The notes under the pieces: generated by a model
What the model was told of the DNA's origin: nothing
The model's database searches: none
Seen by the model: the letters and a program-made list of their open reading frames with translations, nothing else
In this document: one piece after another, positions 54,592-64,000 of the stretch
Numbering within the stretch: the stretch's first letter is position 1
How the letters are laid out: each line of letters starts with the position of its first letter
IMG/VR virus record: IMGVR_UViG_3300025769_015023
Location: 1 to 64,000 of that record
Reading direction: 5' to 3' (one strand)
Length of the DNA stretch: 64,000 nucleotides
DNA from: a virus
Lineage: Duplodnaviria > Caudoviricetes
Program-made: the position numbers and the translations under genes

Positions 54592-55552
54592 TAAGTCAAG
54601 CAAGATATTTATAGCTGGCCATAACGGAATGGTTGGAAAGTCTATAGTTAAAAATTTAAGATCAAGGGGATATAATAATCTATGCTTTATAGATAGAAAA
54701 AACTTAGATCTTACAAATCAAGCAGATACTCTTCGATGGTTTGAAGAAAATAAATTTGATACAGTAATAGACTGTGCCGCAAAAGTAGGCGGTATACATG
54801 CTAATAATGAGTATAGATCTGATTTTATATACCAAAATCTACAGATACAAAACAACATAATACATTCATCTCATGTAACGGGTGTTCAAAAATTATTATT
54901 TTTAGGTAGTGTTTGTATCTATCCTAAATATACAGACCAACCAATTAAAGAAGAGTATCTTCTAAGATCACCCCTAGAGCCAACCAATGAACCTTACGCT
55001 ATAGCAAAAATAGCTGGTATAAAAATGTGCGAAAGCTATTACAAGCAACACGATAGGCAGTATATGTCGGTCATGCCAGCAAACCTGTATGGTGAAAATG
55101 ATAATTTTCATAACAAAAACTCACATGTATTGCCAGCGTTGCTTAGAAGATTCCACGAAGCCAAAATAAATAAAGATAAAACTGTTGAGGTTTGGGGAAC
55201 TGGTGAGGCAATGAGAGAATTTTTACACGTATCAGATATGGCCGATGCTTGCATACATATCCTAGAAAAGTGTAATTTTGAGGAAATATATAAAGAGAAT
55301 ATATCTCAAATAAATATTGGAACTGGAGAAGAAGTAAGTATAAAAAACTTAGCTCTTTTAATATCAAAAGTAGTTGGCTACGAGGGAGAGATATCTTTCG
55401 ACACTTCAAAACCAGACGGCACTTTAAGAAGAGTATTAGATAGTAGTAGATTGAATAAGCTTGGATGGAATCATAAAATAAACCTAAAAGAAGGCTTGGA
55501 ATCAACCTATAAATGGTTTAAACTTAACGAGCAAAACATAAGGAGTTTTTAG
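54584..55552 (+). CDS. fcl: GDP-L-fucose synthase
   Basis: AGHNGMVG, AAKVGGI, FLGSVCIYP, NEPYAIAKIAG. Confidence 0.95.
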   Translation: MFSKSSKIFIAGHNGMVGKSIVKNLRSRGYNNLCFIDRKNLDLTNQADTLRWFEENKFDTVIDCAAKVGGIHANNEYRSDFIYQNLQIQNNIIHSSHVTGVQKLLFLGSVCIYPKYTDQPIKEEYLLRSPLEPTNEPYAIAKIAGIKMCESYYKQHDRQYMSVMPANLYGENDNFHNKNSHVLPALLRRFHEAKINKDKTVEVWGTGEAMREFLHVSDMADACIHILEKCNFEEIYKENISQINIGTGEEVSIKNLALLISKVVGYEGEISFDTSKPDGTLRRVLDSSRLNKLGWNHKINLKEGLESTYKWFKLNEQNIRSF

Positions 55553-56634
55553 TGGGTAAGAAAATTTTAATTACTGGAGTAACAGGCCAAGATGGCGCTA
55601 ACATGTGCGAATATCTTATAGGTCTAAATAAAAAAGGCGAGGACTATAAAGTGTTTGGCATGGTTAGAAGATCATCCAATCCCAATATGTCTAATTGCAG
55701 CAAATTCATAAATGATGAAAACTTTCAAATAGTATATGGCGACCTTACAGACACCGTAAGCATTGACAATTTAGTTAGAGAGATTCAACCTGATTTTATT
55801 ATAAACTTTGCAGCTAATTCATTCGTTGGCTGTAGTTGGGATTCCCCTTTGCACGTTCTAGACACCAATGCTGGTGGCGTTATTAGGTTTTTAGAAGCCA
55901 TAAGAAAACATTCTCCTAAATGCAGATTTTACTCGGCTGGCTCCAGTGAAGAGTTTGGAGACGTTGACTACTCCCCTCAAGACATGAAGCACCCGCTAAA
56001 GCCTAGAAGCCCTTACGGTGCGTCTAAATGCACGGCTAGACATATGGTAAAAGTGTATAGAGAGTCTTATGGGATTTACGCTGTACATGCTACTCTATTT
56101 AATCATGAAGGAACCAAAAGAGGAGAAGAATTTGTAACTCGAAAGATTACCAAAAATGTAGCTAGACTTCATAAAGAGATATCCGCCTACCTAGAATCTG
56201 GACACCAGTCCAAGATAAACCCAATGGAGCTTGGAAATATTTACGCGAAAAGAGACTGGAGTGATTCAGAAGATTTTGTAGAAGGGATATGGCTTATGAT
56301 GAATCAAGACAAGCCAGATGATTATTTATTAGCTAGCGGAAAAACTCATACCATCAAAGAATTTGTAGAAAAAGCTTTCTCAGAAGCTGGCATAAATGGA
56401 AATTGGATGGAAGACGAAACAGATCCACTTAAAACTAAATTTTATTTAAACTCAAGCGAAGCTATTCCATTGGTTGTAATTAACCCTAAATTTTATAGAC
56501 CAAATGAAGTTGAACTACTACTTGGTGACCCTAATGAAACTAAAAAAAAGCTAGGCTGGGAACCAAAAAATTCATTTGACTTTTTAGTTAGAAAAATGGT
56601 AAGATCGGACCTTAATGAAGTCGAAGAAAAATAA
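55552..56634 (+). CDS. gmd: GDP-mannose 4,6-dehydratase
   Basis: TGVTGQDG, SSEEFG, PRSPYG, FNHE, EFVTRKI, LGN..AKRDW. Confidence 0.95.
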   Translation: MGKKILITGVTGQDGANMCEYLIGLNKKGEDYKVFGMVRRSSNPNMSNCSKFINDENFQIVYGDLTDTVSIDNLVREIQPDFIINFAANSFVGCSWDSPLHVLDTNAGGVIRFLEAIRKHSPKCRFYSAGSSEEFGDVDYSPQDMKHPLKPRSPYGASKCTARHMVKVYRESYGIYAVHATLFNHEGTKRGEEFVTRKITKNVARLHKEISAYLESGHQSKINPMELGNIYAKRDWSDSEDFVEGIWLMMNQDKPDDYLLASGKTHTIKEFVEKAFSEAGINGNWMEDETDPLKTKFYLNSSEAIPLVVINPKFYRPNEVELLLGDPNETKKKLGWEPKNSFDFLVRKMVRSDLNEVEEK

Positions 56635-57031
56635 TTTTATTTTAAACAATAAAAGAATACTCGATTCAAGCGGTAAACAGCCTAAGATAAACAACAAGTT
56701 TCAATATATAATCTGGTGCTTCATACCAAATGCAAAAAATTTTTCTGGCGCTGACTGGGGCAGAGAAGTAAAAGTAGCAAAAAACCTCTTTAAAAAATAT
56801 AAAGATCTTAATTTCTGGAAATCGTTTGAAATTGATTTCCCTTTAAACTCATTAAATTGGTTTGAGACCAATAAAGGTAAAAAGTTTCTACAGGAAAAAG
56901 ATTACTTTTTTAAACTTAATAGTGGTATAATCACTAAGAAGAACACTACTTACGAATCAGGTAAAGTAGGAAAAGATTCCCAAGTCTTCGGAAAAAAAAT
57001 AACTAAATTTATTGATCTATTTAAAAAATGA
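56615..57031 (+). CDS. hypothetical protein
   Basis: 138-aa ORF in replication operon. Confidence 0.6.
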   Translation: MKSKKNNFILNNKRILDSSGKQPKINNKFQYIIWCFIPNAKNFSGADWGREVKVAKNLFKKYKDLNFWKSFEIDFPLNSLNWFETNKGKKFLQEKDYFFKLNSGIITKKNTTYESGKVGKDSQVFGKKITKFIDLFKK

Positions 57032-58119
57032 GAAAAAAAAATACAACTAACACCGCTGGCTCATCCCCCTTAGAGCAAATAGAAAGCTACCTTAAACAAA
57101 ACACAGGAGATCATTACAACTTCGAGGAAGAAAGAGACTATTCAGTTTCCAGTGGAAGCTTAGGTTTAGATATCGAAATGGGAGGCGGCATTAAACCAGG
57201 TATAATAAGAGCTTCTGGGGTAGCTGAAGGCGGAAAAACTTCCTGCGCCCTTTCTTTTGCAAGAAATTTTCAAAAGATGGAAAATTCCATGGTGGTTTAC
57301 ATCAAAGCAGAAGGTAGATTATCAAATGATATGGTGGAAAGATCTGGCATAGACGATGATCCTAAAAAGTGGTATGTCGTAAAATCTAATGTTTATGAGA
57401 CGGTTATCGATTTAATAAGGCAGCTAGTTAAAGATAATCCAACGGATACTAGATACATGTTTATAATCGACTCTATGGATGCCTTGGTTCCAAGAGGAGA
57501 TCTACAGAAAGGTGCTGATGAAGCTATTAAGGTTGCTGGTGGTGCTTTACTTAGTTCGGACTTCTTAAAAAGAATGGCTTTGGGATTAGCTAGTCGAGGT
57601 CACATATGCTTTATGGTGTCTCAGGTTAGAAGTAAGGTAAGTATAAACCCATATGAAAAAACAGATCCTAAGTTAACTAACGCATCTGGAGGCAACGCCC
57701 TTCTGCATTATAGTGATTGGATTATGGAGTTTCAGCAAAGATTCAAAGGAGATGTAATTTTTGATAAAGATGGTAAAACTCAATTAGGTCACTGGTGTAA
57801 AGTAGTATTCAAAAAGACTCCTAATGAAAAAACTGGTATTTCGGTAAACTATCCTATTTGCTACGGTAGGACCAACGGTAAATCAATCTGGGCTGAGTAC
57901 GAAGTTGTCGATCAATTACTAAAATTCGATATGATCAAGAAGGCTGGTGCTTGGGTTACTGTATCTGAAGATATAATTTCAGAAGTCAAAAAAGATACTG
58001 GTGAAGACTTCAAGCAGCAACACCAAGGAATGGATAACCTTAGAAGATACTTTGAAGAAAACCCAAAAATTGGAAAGTATTTATTTAGCAAATTCATCGA
58101 AGTCCTTAAAAAGTCATAA
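57028..58119 (+). CDS. recA: RecA/UvsX-like recombinase
   Basis: SSGSLGLD..GG, GVAEGGKTS, IIDSMDAL, SQVR, GGNALLHYS. Confidence 0.9.
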   Translation: MRKKNTTNTAGSSPLEQIESYLKQNTGDHYNFEEERDYSVSSGSLGLDIEMGGGIKPGIIRASGVAEGGKTSCALSFARNFQKMENSMVVYIKAEGRLSNDMVERSGIDDDPKKWYVVKSNVYETVIDLIRQLVKDNPTDTRYMFIIDSMDALVPRGDLQKGADEAIKVAGGALLSSDFLKRMALGLASRGHICFMVSQVRSKVSINPYEKTDPKLTNASGGNALLHYSDWIMEFQQRFKGDVIFDKDGKTQLGHWCKVVFKKTPNEKTGISVNYPICYGRTNGKSIWAEYEVVDQLLKFDMIKKAGAWVTVSEDIISEVKKDTGEDFKQQHQGMDNLRRYFEENPKIGKYLFSKFIEVLKKS

Positions 58120-58124
58120 TTAAA

Positions 58125-58664
58125 GTGAAAAATCTTTTAGAAAAAACAAGAACCTACTTAGTAGGTCATATGCAGTACACTAGTGGCCGTAATTGGCGAG
58201 AATATGTTGAAGACGAACTGCAAAAGCTAAATATAATTACTTTTAATCCTTACAGAAAACCTTTCGTAAAAGATGTAGAAGAAGACGAGGGGGCTCGCCA
58301 AAAAATGTCCGATGACATGGATAATAGGTATTATAACGATGTCGCTGAAAGAATGCGCGTTGTGCGTAATTATGATTTGAATCTTGTTGATCGTTCTGAC
58401 TTTATAATTGCTCATATTGTTCCTGAAGTAGCAAGTTGGGGCAGTGCAGAAGAGCTCGTAACAGCAGTTCGAGCCAAAAAGCCCATTTTTATTTCTATGG
58501 ATGGGGGCAAGCAAAAAACGCCTCTCTGGATTATGGGTATGTTACCACACCATTATATTTATAATAGCATAGAAGAAGTTCTTGATATGATTTATCAAAT
58601 TAACGATGGCAAAAAAGCCATAGACAGCGACCGCTGGAGATTGCTCAGAAAAGAACTAAGATGA
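58125..58664 (+). CDS. Nucleoside 2-deoxyribosyltransferase-like protein
   Basis: YLVGHM, FNPY, DLNLVDRSDF, WGSAEEL..KKPI. Confidence 0.75.
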   Translation: MKNLLEKTRTYLVGHMQYTSGRNWREYVEDELQKLNIITFNPYRKPFVKDVEEDEGARQKMSDDMDNRYYNDVAERMRVVRNYDLNLVDRSDFIIAHIVPEVASWGSAEELVTAVRAKKPIFISMDGGKQKTPLWIMGMLPHHYIYNSIEEVLDMIYQINDGKKAIDSDRWRLLRKELR

Positions 58665-59077
58665 GATTATATAACATCTATGGTAGGTCAGTAACAAAAA
58701 ATGTCACCAAATACTTAATAGATTGGGATGCGAAGTCTAGATCTAAACTTCAATTTGATGCCAAGCAATTCTTTAGACAATACTGGAGCGGTCAAGTAGT
58801 CTATGAAGAATTCCCAGTCTTTGGTACAAGGATGAAGGTTGACATCCTAAATGCGACTAAACGGATAGCAATAGAAGTAAACGGAGAGCAGCATGATAAA
58901 TTTAATAAATTTTTTCACAATAATTCCAGAGCCAAATATTTAGACTCTATAAAAAGAGATATGAAAAAGGCAGAGTGGCTAGAAAAAAATAGTTTTACCT
59001 TGATTGAGATCTATAAAAAAGATATAAAAGATTTGTCGAGAGACTTTTTTAAACAAAACTTTTTAATAGAAATATGA
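58661..59077 (+). CDS. Vsr/DUF559-like PD-(D/E)xK endonuclease
   Basis: EEFPV..VDI..IAIEVNGEQH..D..K..W. Confidence 0.75.
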   Translation: MRLYNIYGRSVTKNVTKYLIDWDAKSRSKLQFDAKQFFRQYWSGQVVYEEFPVFGTRMKVDILNATKRIAIEVNGEQHDKFNKFFHNNSRAKYLDSIKRDMKKAEWLEKNSFTLIEIYKKDIKDLSRDFFKQNFLIEI

Positions 59078-59670
59078 GAAAAAAAAGAACACTTACTATC
59101 CCTCCAAATATTAGGCACGAAATTTATGAATGGGCTAATGGTGGTTTTTTAGTATTTTATTTCAACAGTGAAACCACGCAACCAGAGGTTGTTTCAAATT
59201 TTGATGATTCTAAATCGGCATTTGCTTTACAATCATTTATAGATACTTGGCTTTATGCTGTTAAAGTTGAAAGAATAAGATCCATTAAAGAAACTTACAA
59301 CGAATCTGATGAGATTGAAAAAGAAGAGGATTATAGCTCTTTTATAGACGAGGACGCTCTAGCAAACCTAATAGATAAAGGAATAGAAAAAAGCCCATCT
59401 AAAGAACATCGTGTTGAAAATTCTGACCAGTTCCCACAAGAACTTGTTTCAAGACTAGGGGATGTGACAGGAAATACATTTTTAATGTTTTACTTTGGTG
59501 CTGACGATTTACCAAAAATAGAATATAGATTTAGATCTCATCGAGACGCTCTAGGCTTACAGGAGTTTGTGAAATGCTGGTATAACGCTTTTTTTGAGAA
59601 CTCCATAGGATTAATGCTAAATAATTACTTTGACGACGACACAGATCAGGACGAGGACTGCGATGAATAA
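59074..59670 (+). CDS. hypothetical protein with an internal duplication
   Basis: Two copies of FL.FYF....P.....F.....A..LQ.F...W. Confidence 0.6.
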   Translation: MRKKRTLTIPPNIRHEIYEWANGGFLVFYFNSETTQPEVVSNFDDSKSAFALQSFIDTWLYAVKVERIRSIKETYNESDEIEKEEDYSSFIDEDALANLIDKGIEKSPSKEHRVENSDQFPQELVSRLGDVTGNTFLMFYFGADDLPKIEYRFRSHRDALGLQEFVKCWYNAFFENSIGLMLNNYFDDDTDQDEDCDE

Positions 59671-61240
59671 AACAATTTCAAATAGAGAAAACGAACTAAA
59701 AGACCTTGAGTTGGAAAAAGATGTAGTTTATGGATTAATAAAATATCCTAGTATATTTTTAGAAAACCAGTCGATTGTAAAAGAAGACTGCTTTACTCAT
59801 CCGACTCATAAAATAATATTTAATATTTTTAAGAACAACTGTCTATCCGCATCATCTGTAGATATTGTTACTCTATCTAGAGACTGTAAAAGAGACGGAT
59901 TTCAAGATAAGGACGGAATTCCAATATTTGAATATTTAGAAAACTCACAATATAGTTCAATTACTCAAGATGGTACTTTAGAATGCATAAAAGAACTCCA
60001 CATATTAGCTTATTTAAGACACGAATTTAAAAAAGCTAAAGAAGTGGCAAAAATAGCCCTTGATGCAAAAAATACTAAAGACATAGTACCAGTTATATCT
60101 AAGTTAGACGGTCTAAAATCAGAGAGATACGAATTACAAGAATCAGAATTCACGCCTAGAAAAATTTACTCAGGCGTTGGAGAAAGACTTGAAGAGCGAG
60201 GCAACAACCCAGAAGATACCATGGGTTACCCCACGCCTTTTCCAGATTTTAACTTAGATTATGGAGGTTTAAGAACTGGTACTGCAACCCTTTTCGTAGG
60301 TCGAGGAGGCATCGGCAAAAGTAGCACGATACACCAAGTCTGTCATTACGTAGCGAAAAATAATAAAGTACCAGTCCTAATATTAGACACTGAGATGGAG
60401 TATGAGCTAGTCTCCGATAGAATATTTTCATCTCAGCATAAAATCCCCATACATGCAGTAGAAACAGGCAAGTGGAGAAAAAATAAAGACCTAGTTAAAA
60501 AAGTTAGATCGGCCATAGATGAAATTGATGAAGAATTTGAATACTACCATGTTTACATAGGCGATCAACCACTAGAAGAAACAATTCAGATTATTGAATC
60601 TTGGTATTATAAATCCGTTGGCAGAGGAAACCCATGCGTTGTAGGCTATGATTATCTTAACTGTAATTCTGAAGATATAAAACACGGCTGGGGAGAGAGA
60701 CAGGTCTTGGGTGATAAATTTAAAAAACTAAGACACTGTTGCGTAAAAATTAATGCCACTTTAGTAACAGCAGCCCAAGCCAATAGAAGCGCAGAGTCAA
60801 GAAATAGAAGATCAGACCAAGTATCAGACGATACTACAGTCATTGGTGACTCCGACAAGCTGCAAAGATTTGCAGAAACAGTACTTTACATAAGACCTAA
60901 AACACCAGACGAGCTTGCGCTTGACGAGGGAATGGATCTAGAAGACGCTGAAGAAGCAATTGACGAAAGAGATTTTGAAGATCTTAGATTCGGCACTCAT
61001 AAAATGTATGTTCTGAAAGGAAGAAACCAAGGTGAAAGAGCCATGGGACACAACAACCACCTAAGAAGACGAATGCCTAACGGAATATTTCAAAATGAAA
61101 TGCATTATTATAACATATCTTTCGACAACTATTTCCTAGAAGAACGCGGCTCGCTTAGAGATGTTATAAATTTCAGAGAGGATAGATTTATATTAGATGA
61201 TCAGCATCCAAACGAAGAGCAAGGTGAGCAGCTTTTATAA
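59663..61240 (+). CDS. dnaB: DnaB-like replicative helicase
   Basis: GRGGIGKS Walker A, DTEM, VGYDYL, TAAQANR, DSD. Confidence 0.88.
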   Translation: MNKTISNRENELKDLELEKDVVYGLIKYPSIFLENQSIVKEDCFTHPTHKIIFNIFKNNCLSASSVDIVTLSRDCKRDGFQDKDGIPIFEYLENSQYSSITQDGTLECIKELHILAYLRHEFKKAKEVAKIALDAKNTKDIVPVISKLDGLKSERYELQESEFTPRKIYSGVGERLEERGNNPEDTMGYPTPFPDFNLDYGGLRTGTATLFVGRGGIGKSSTIHQVCHYVAKNNKVPVLILDTEMEYELVSDRIFSSQHKIPIHAVETGKWRKNKDLVKKVRSAIDEIDEEFEYYHVYIGDQPLEETIQIIESWYYKSVGRGNPCVVGYDYLNCNSEDIKHGWGERQVLGDKFKKLRHCCVKINATLVTAAQANRSAESRNRRSDQVSDDTTVIGDSDKLQRFAETVLYIRPKTPDELALDEGMDLEDAEEAIDERDFEDLRFGTHKMYVLKGRNQGERAMGHNNHLRRRMPNGIFQNEMHYYNISFDNYFLEERGSLRDVINFREDRFILDDQHPNEEQGEQLL

Positions 61241-61242
61241 AA

Positions 61243-62166
61243 ATGGATGTAAAAGAGATATTGCAGAGCATTGGATATGCTAATATACGACAGTATGGGG
61301 ATTATCTTAGGATGTCTCCAATATATCGAAGTTCTGACAGCGCGTGTTTAAGCGTTCATAAAAACACTGGAAGCTTCGTAGACTTCGCTAGAAGCGATAC
61401 TATAAAAGGTGATTTTTCAGAACTCATAAAAGTATCCCTTAATCTAAAATCTAAAACTGAAGCTACTAATTGGCTTAATGGAAAAAATGTTAACTTTTCT
61501 TCGTATGACATCAAGATAGAAAAAGATGAGCCGTTGGTTTTTAATAAAAAATTTAGCAAAGAAAACCTAGACAGAATAAAATCAGAACATTCGTACTGGC
61601 TAAACAGAGGTGTTTCATTAAATACTATAAAATTATTTAAAGGAGGACTGGACAATGGCGTAGAAGGCGGTAAGTTCTATAATAGATATGTCTTCCCCAT
61701 ATTTCATGAAAAGGGGTATATATCTGGATTTACAGGTAGAGACATATCAAATAATCCTAACACAGTCAAATGGAAGCACTTAGGGCAAACTAGTAGCTGG
61801 ATTTATCCTAGTTTTTTAAACCAAAACTGCATATCTCAGTCTAAGGAGATTATAATTGTTGAAAGCATAGGAGATATGCTTTCTCTTTATGACTGCGGTA
61901 TAAAAAATACAATAGTAGTATTTGGCGTTTCTTTATCGAGTAGTATTATAAATTATATTCTTAGGTATAGATTGGATAAAGTTACTATAGCGTTAAATAA
62001 TGATTCGCATAATAATAGCGTGGGCAACAAGGCATCTATGAAATTTAAAAACCAACTCTCAAAACATATAAATTATAATAAAATAAAAATATCACTCCCG
62101 CCATCTGGTAAAGATTTCGGTGAAATGAGTAAACACGAAATAACAGATTGGAAAAAAAATGCCTGA
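61243..62166 (+). CDS. dnaG: DNA primase (TOPRIM)
   Basis: RYVFPI..GFTGR, IVESIGD, ALNND..G, KDFGEM. Confidence 0.8.
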   Translation: MDVKEILQSIGYANIRQYGDYLRMSPIYRSSDSACLSVHKNTGSFVDFARSDTIKGDFSELIKVSLNLKSKTEATNWLNGKNVNFSSYDIKIEKDEPLVFNKKFSKENLDRIKSEHSYWLNRGVSLNTIKLFKGGLDNGVEGGKFYNRYVFPIFHEKGYISGFTGRDISNNPNTVKWKHLGQTSSWIYPSFLNQNCISQSKEIIIVESIGDMLSLYDCGIKNTIVVFGVSLSSSIINYILRYRLDKVTIALNNDSHNNSVGNKASMKFKNQLSKHINYNKIKISLPPSGKDFGEMSKHEITDWKKNA

Positions 62167-63202
62167 AAAAATATTATCAGCCTCTAGAATAAAAACATTT
62201 GAATCTTGTTCTTGGAAATACTGGTGCAACTATGTACTTAGAATCCCCTCCGAATCTAACGATGGGGCTAGAAGAGGCAATGTTTGCCATGCTGTGTTCG
62301 AATATTTGTTAGGAAAAAATAGAACAGAGTATGTTGAAAAAATAATAGAAGCTAAAAATATAGAAGCGGTTGAGTCTGTTTCTATTTTAGTAAAAAAATT
62401 ATTAGTAAAAGAAGGCGCAGATGTTGAAGCCAATTATAAAATTTGCAATAAATTTATAGTCACAGGGTTAAGAACTGACTTTTTTGGAGAGGGCGGAATG
62501 GCCGAAGACCCTGAAATCGATTTCTTGCTAAGTAAAAAAAGCCCTAAATACAAGATACGGGGATTTATTGACAAAGCTATAAGATTTGATAATGAAAAAC
62601 TAATTAAAATAGTAGACTATAAATCCAGCAAAGAGAAATTCAAAGGTGAGGAGCTAACAGCCAATATACAGGCAATGACTTATTCATTAGCTGCTAAGAA
62701 ACTTTGGCCAGAGCTTAAAAAAATAATGGTAGAGTTTGTATTCCTTAAATTCCCAAGAAAACCACTACAGCAAGTAGAGTTCTCTAAAGAAGAGTTGGAG
62801 GGATTTGAGTATATGCTTGCCGATGTGTATGAAAAAATGAATTCGTTTTCAGAATCAGACGCTCACGCAAATTACGCATCAAATAAACCAGAACCAAAAG
62901 ATGGCAGTTTCGGTGGTTGCTTGAACTGCGGCAGAGGAAGCAGATACAAAGGACAGCTTAAAAAGGATGGAACTCCCGTGTGGCATTGCTCGTATAAGTA
63001 TGATTTTGACTACTATGCGTTAGTTGACAGCAAGGGCAACGTACTAAAAAGTGCTTTAACGCATGGCGACCTGAAAGAAAAAAAAGGCTGTAAAATTATT
63101 AAAAAATACTACGCAGGATGCCCAGCACACCAGACTTTTAACGAACCGTATGATCCAGAAAAACCATCTTCGAAAGAATCTAGAGACGATTTTGATTTTT
63201 AG
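62159..63202 (+). CDS. PD-(D/E)xK RecB/Cas4-like exonuclease
   Basis: LSASRIKTFESC, RGFIDK, IVDYKSS, Q..TY, CLNC..C..CP. Confidence 0.85.
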   Translation: MPEKILSASRIKTFESCSWKYWCNYVLRIPSESNDGARRGNVCHAVFEYLLGKNRTEYVEKIIEAKNIEAVESVSILVKKLLVKEGADVEANYKICNKFIVTGLRTDFFGEGGMAEDPEIDFLLSKKSPKYKIRGFIDKAIRFDNEKLIKIVDYKSSKEKFKGEELTANIQAMTYSLAAKKLWPELKKIMVEFVFLKFPRKPLQQVEFSKEELEGFEYMLADVYEKMNSFSESDAHANYASNKPEPKDGSFGGCLNCGRGSRYKGQLKKDGTPVWHCSYKYDFDYYALVDSKGNVLKSALTHGDLKEKKGCKIIKKYYAGCPAHQTFNEPYDPEKPSSKESRDDFDF

Positions 63203-63205
63203 TTC

Positions 63206-63234
63206 TTGAAATTAGTTTATAAAATCTGGATAAT
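63206..63234 (+). promoter_or_regulatory. Sigma70-type promoter, likely leaderless
   Basis: TTGAAA-17-GATAAT; ATG at 63241. Confidence 0.55.
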
Positions 63235-63240
63235 AGAAAA

Positions 63241-64000
63241 ATGAGATCAATCCCTCTCTTCAAATCTCACTATAGTATAGGTAAATCGATCTTGACGCTT
63301 GATAAACCAGATGGTTTAGACAAATCAGGTCCAGACTCTATAATTAAGATTTGCAAAGACAATTCCTTAAAGGAAGCGTGTCTAGTCGATGATACGATGT
63401 CTGGATTTCTACAGGCTTATGTGAATTGCCGTGAAAGTAAAATAAATTTAAAATTTGGACTAAGAATGACCTTTTGCTCCGATATCAACTGCAAAGAGAA
63501 GGAGTCTGAGGATACTAACCATAAACTTATAATTTTTGCTAAAAATCAAGACGGCTATAAAAAACTAATTAAAATATCAAGTACAGCATCAACCGTTGGT
63601 TATTATAATGGCCCAAGATATGACTTGAATTTACTTTCGGAAGAGTGGGATGATGATAAATTAATTTTAGCGGTTCCTTTTTACGATTCATTCCTACATC
63701 AAAATACCTTAAACCATAAGCAATGCTTGGTTAATTTCAGTTTTACTAAGCCAATTTTTTTTATCGAAGACAACGACCTTCCCTTTGATTACATATTGAA
63801 TAACAAGGTTAATGATTACTGTGGGGAAGAGATACAAAAGCAAAATGTAAAAAGTATTTATTATAAAAATAAAAGTGACTTTAAATCATATTTATCGTTT
63901 AAGTGTCTGACTTTTTACCAAGGCGGTAGAAAGAAAACTTTAAGTAGACCCAATTTCGACCATATGTGCAGTGAAGAATTTTGCTTTGAAAGCTGGTTAG
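63241..64000 (+). CDS. dnaE: DNA polymerase III alpha PHP domain, runs off window
   Basis: Hand translation PLFKSHYS..LVDD.MSGF..FGLR..IIFAKNQDGYKKLIKISS; frame open to the window end. Confidence 0.8.
   Translation, partial: MRSIPLFKSHYSIGKSILTLDKPDGLDKSGPDSIIKICKDNSLKEACLVDDTMSGFLQAYVNCRESKINLKFGLRMTFCSDINCKEKESEDTNHKLIIFAKNQDGYKKLIKISSTASTVGYYNGPRYDLNLLSEEWDDDKLILAVPFYDSFLHQNTLNHKQCLVNFSFTKPIFFIEDNDLPFDYILNNKVNDYCGEEIQKQNVKSIYYKNKSDFKSYLSFKCLTFYQGGRKKTLSRPNFDHMCSEEFCFESWL

Noticed and set aside
4302-62433. Numerous antisense or overlapping ORFs in the track (e.g. 4950-5231, 5188-5646, 15310-15636, 38426-38692, 38769-39110, 49093-49374, 61356-61655)
   Set aside because: Shadow frames lying inside confidently identified genes, with no recognisable motifs.
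1-64000. Genome-wide stop-codon reassignment
   Set aside because: Well-known genes (thyX, nrdAB, gmd, fcl, recA, dut) are full length under the standard code and end in TAA, TAG or TGA. Only two local in-frame continuations were seen.
1-64000. Eukaryotic giant virus (NCLDV) origin suggested by SET, ATE1-like and PMM-like genes
   Set aside because: Sigma70 factor, sigma70 promoters, DnaB, DnaG, DnaE, RecA and bacterial-type tRNAs with encoded CCA point to a bacteriophage.

Overview
AT-rich, gene-dense segment of a large dsDNA bacteriophage genome; the host cannot be determined from the sequence. Genes run almost entirely on the minus strand from 1 to about 32.35 kb and on the plus strand after a divergent non-coding region at about 32.35-32.9 kb. 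The left arm carries a TnpB-like RuvC nuclease (cut off by the window edge), five tRNAs, UvsE, a sigma70-family factor, ThyX, two SET-domain proteins, an arginyl-transferase-like protein, sulfotransferases with an APS kinase, a DNA methyltransferase, dUTPase and dCMP deaminase. The right arm carries NrdAB, a ~14 kb glycan biosynthesis island and a replication module (RecA, DnaB, primase, Cas4-like nuclease, DnaE PHP domain). The most notable signal is two separate cas-less mini CRISPR-like arrays (2704-2896 minus; 36091-36403 plus, with an outlying half repeat at 37306-37324). They share one 36-nt repeat family, have very uneven spacers (9-33 nt), and each begins with the 19-nt 3' half of the repeat. 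In array 1 that half repeat is fused directly to the CCA end of an unusual long-variable-arm tRNA(UAU). The window also holds three unexplained structured non-coding segments (TnpB leader 1256-1453, 32470-32890, 35740-35845). The working hypothesis, which is inference, is a dispersed phage-encoded TnpB/Cas12f-like RNA-guided system.
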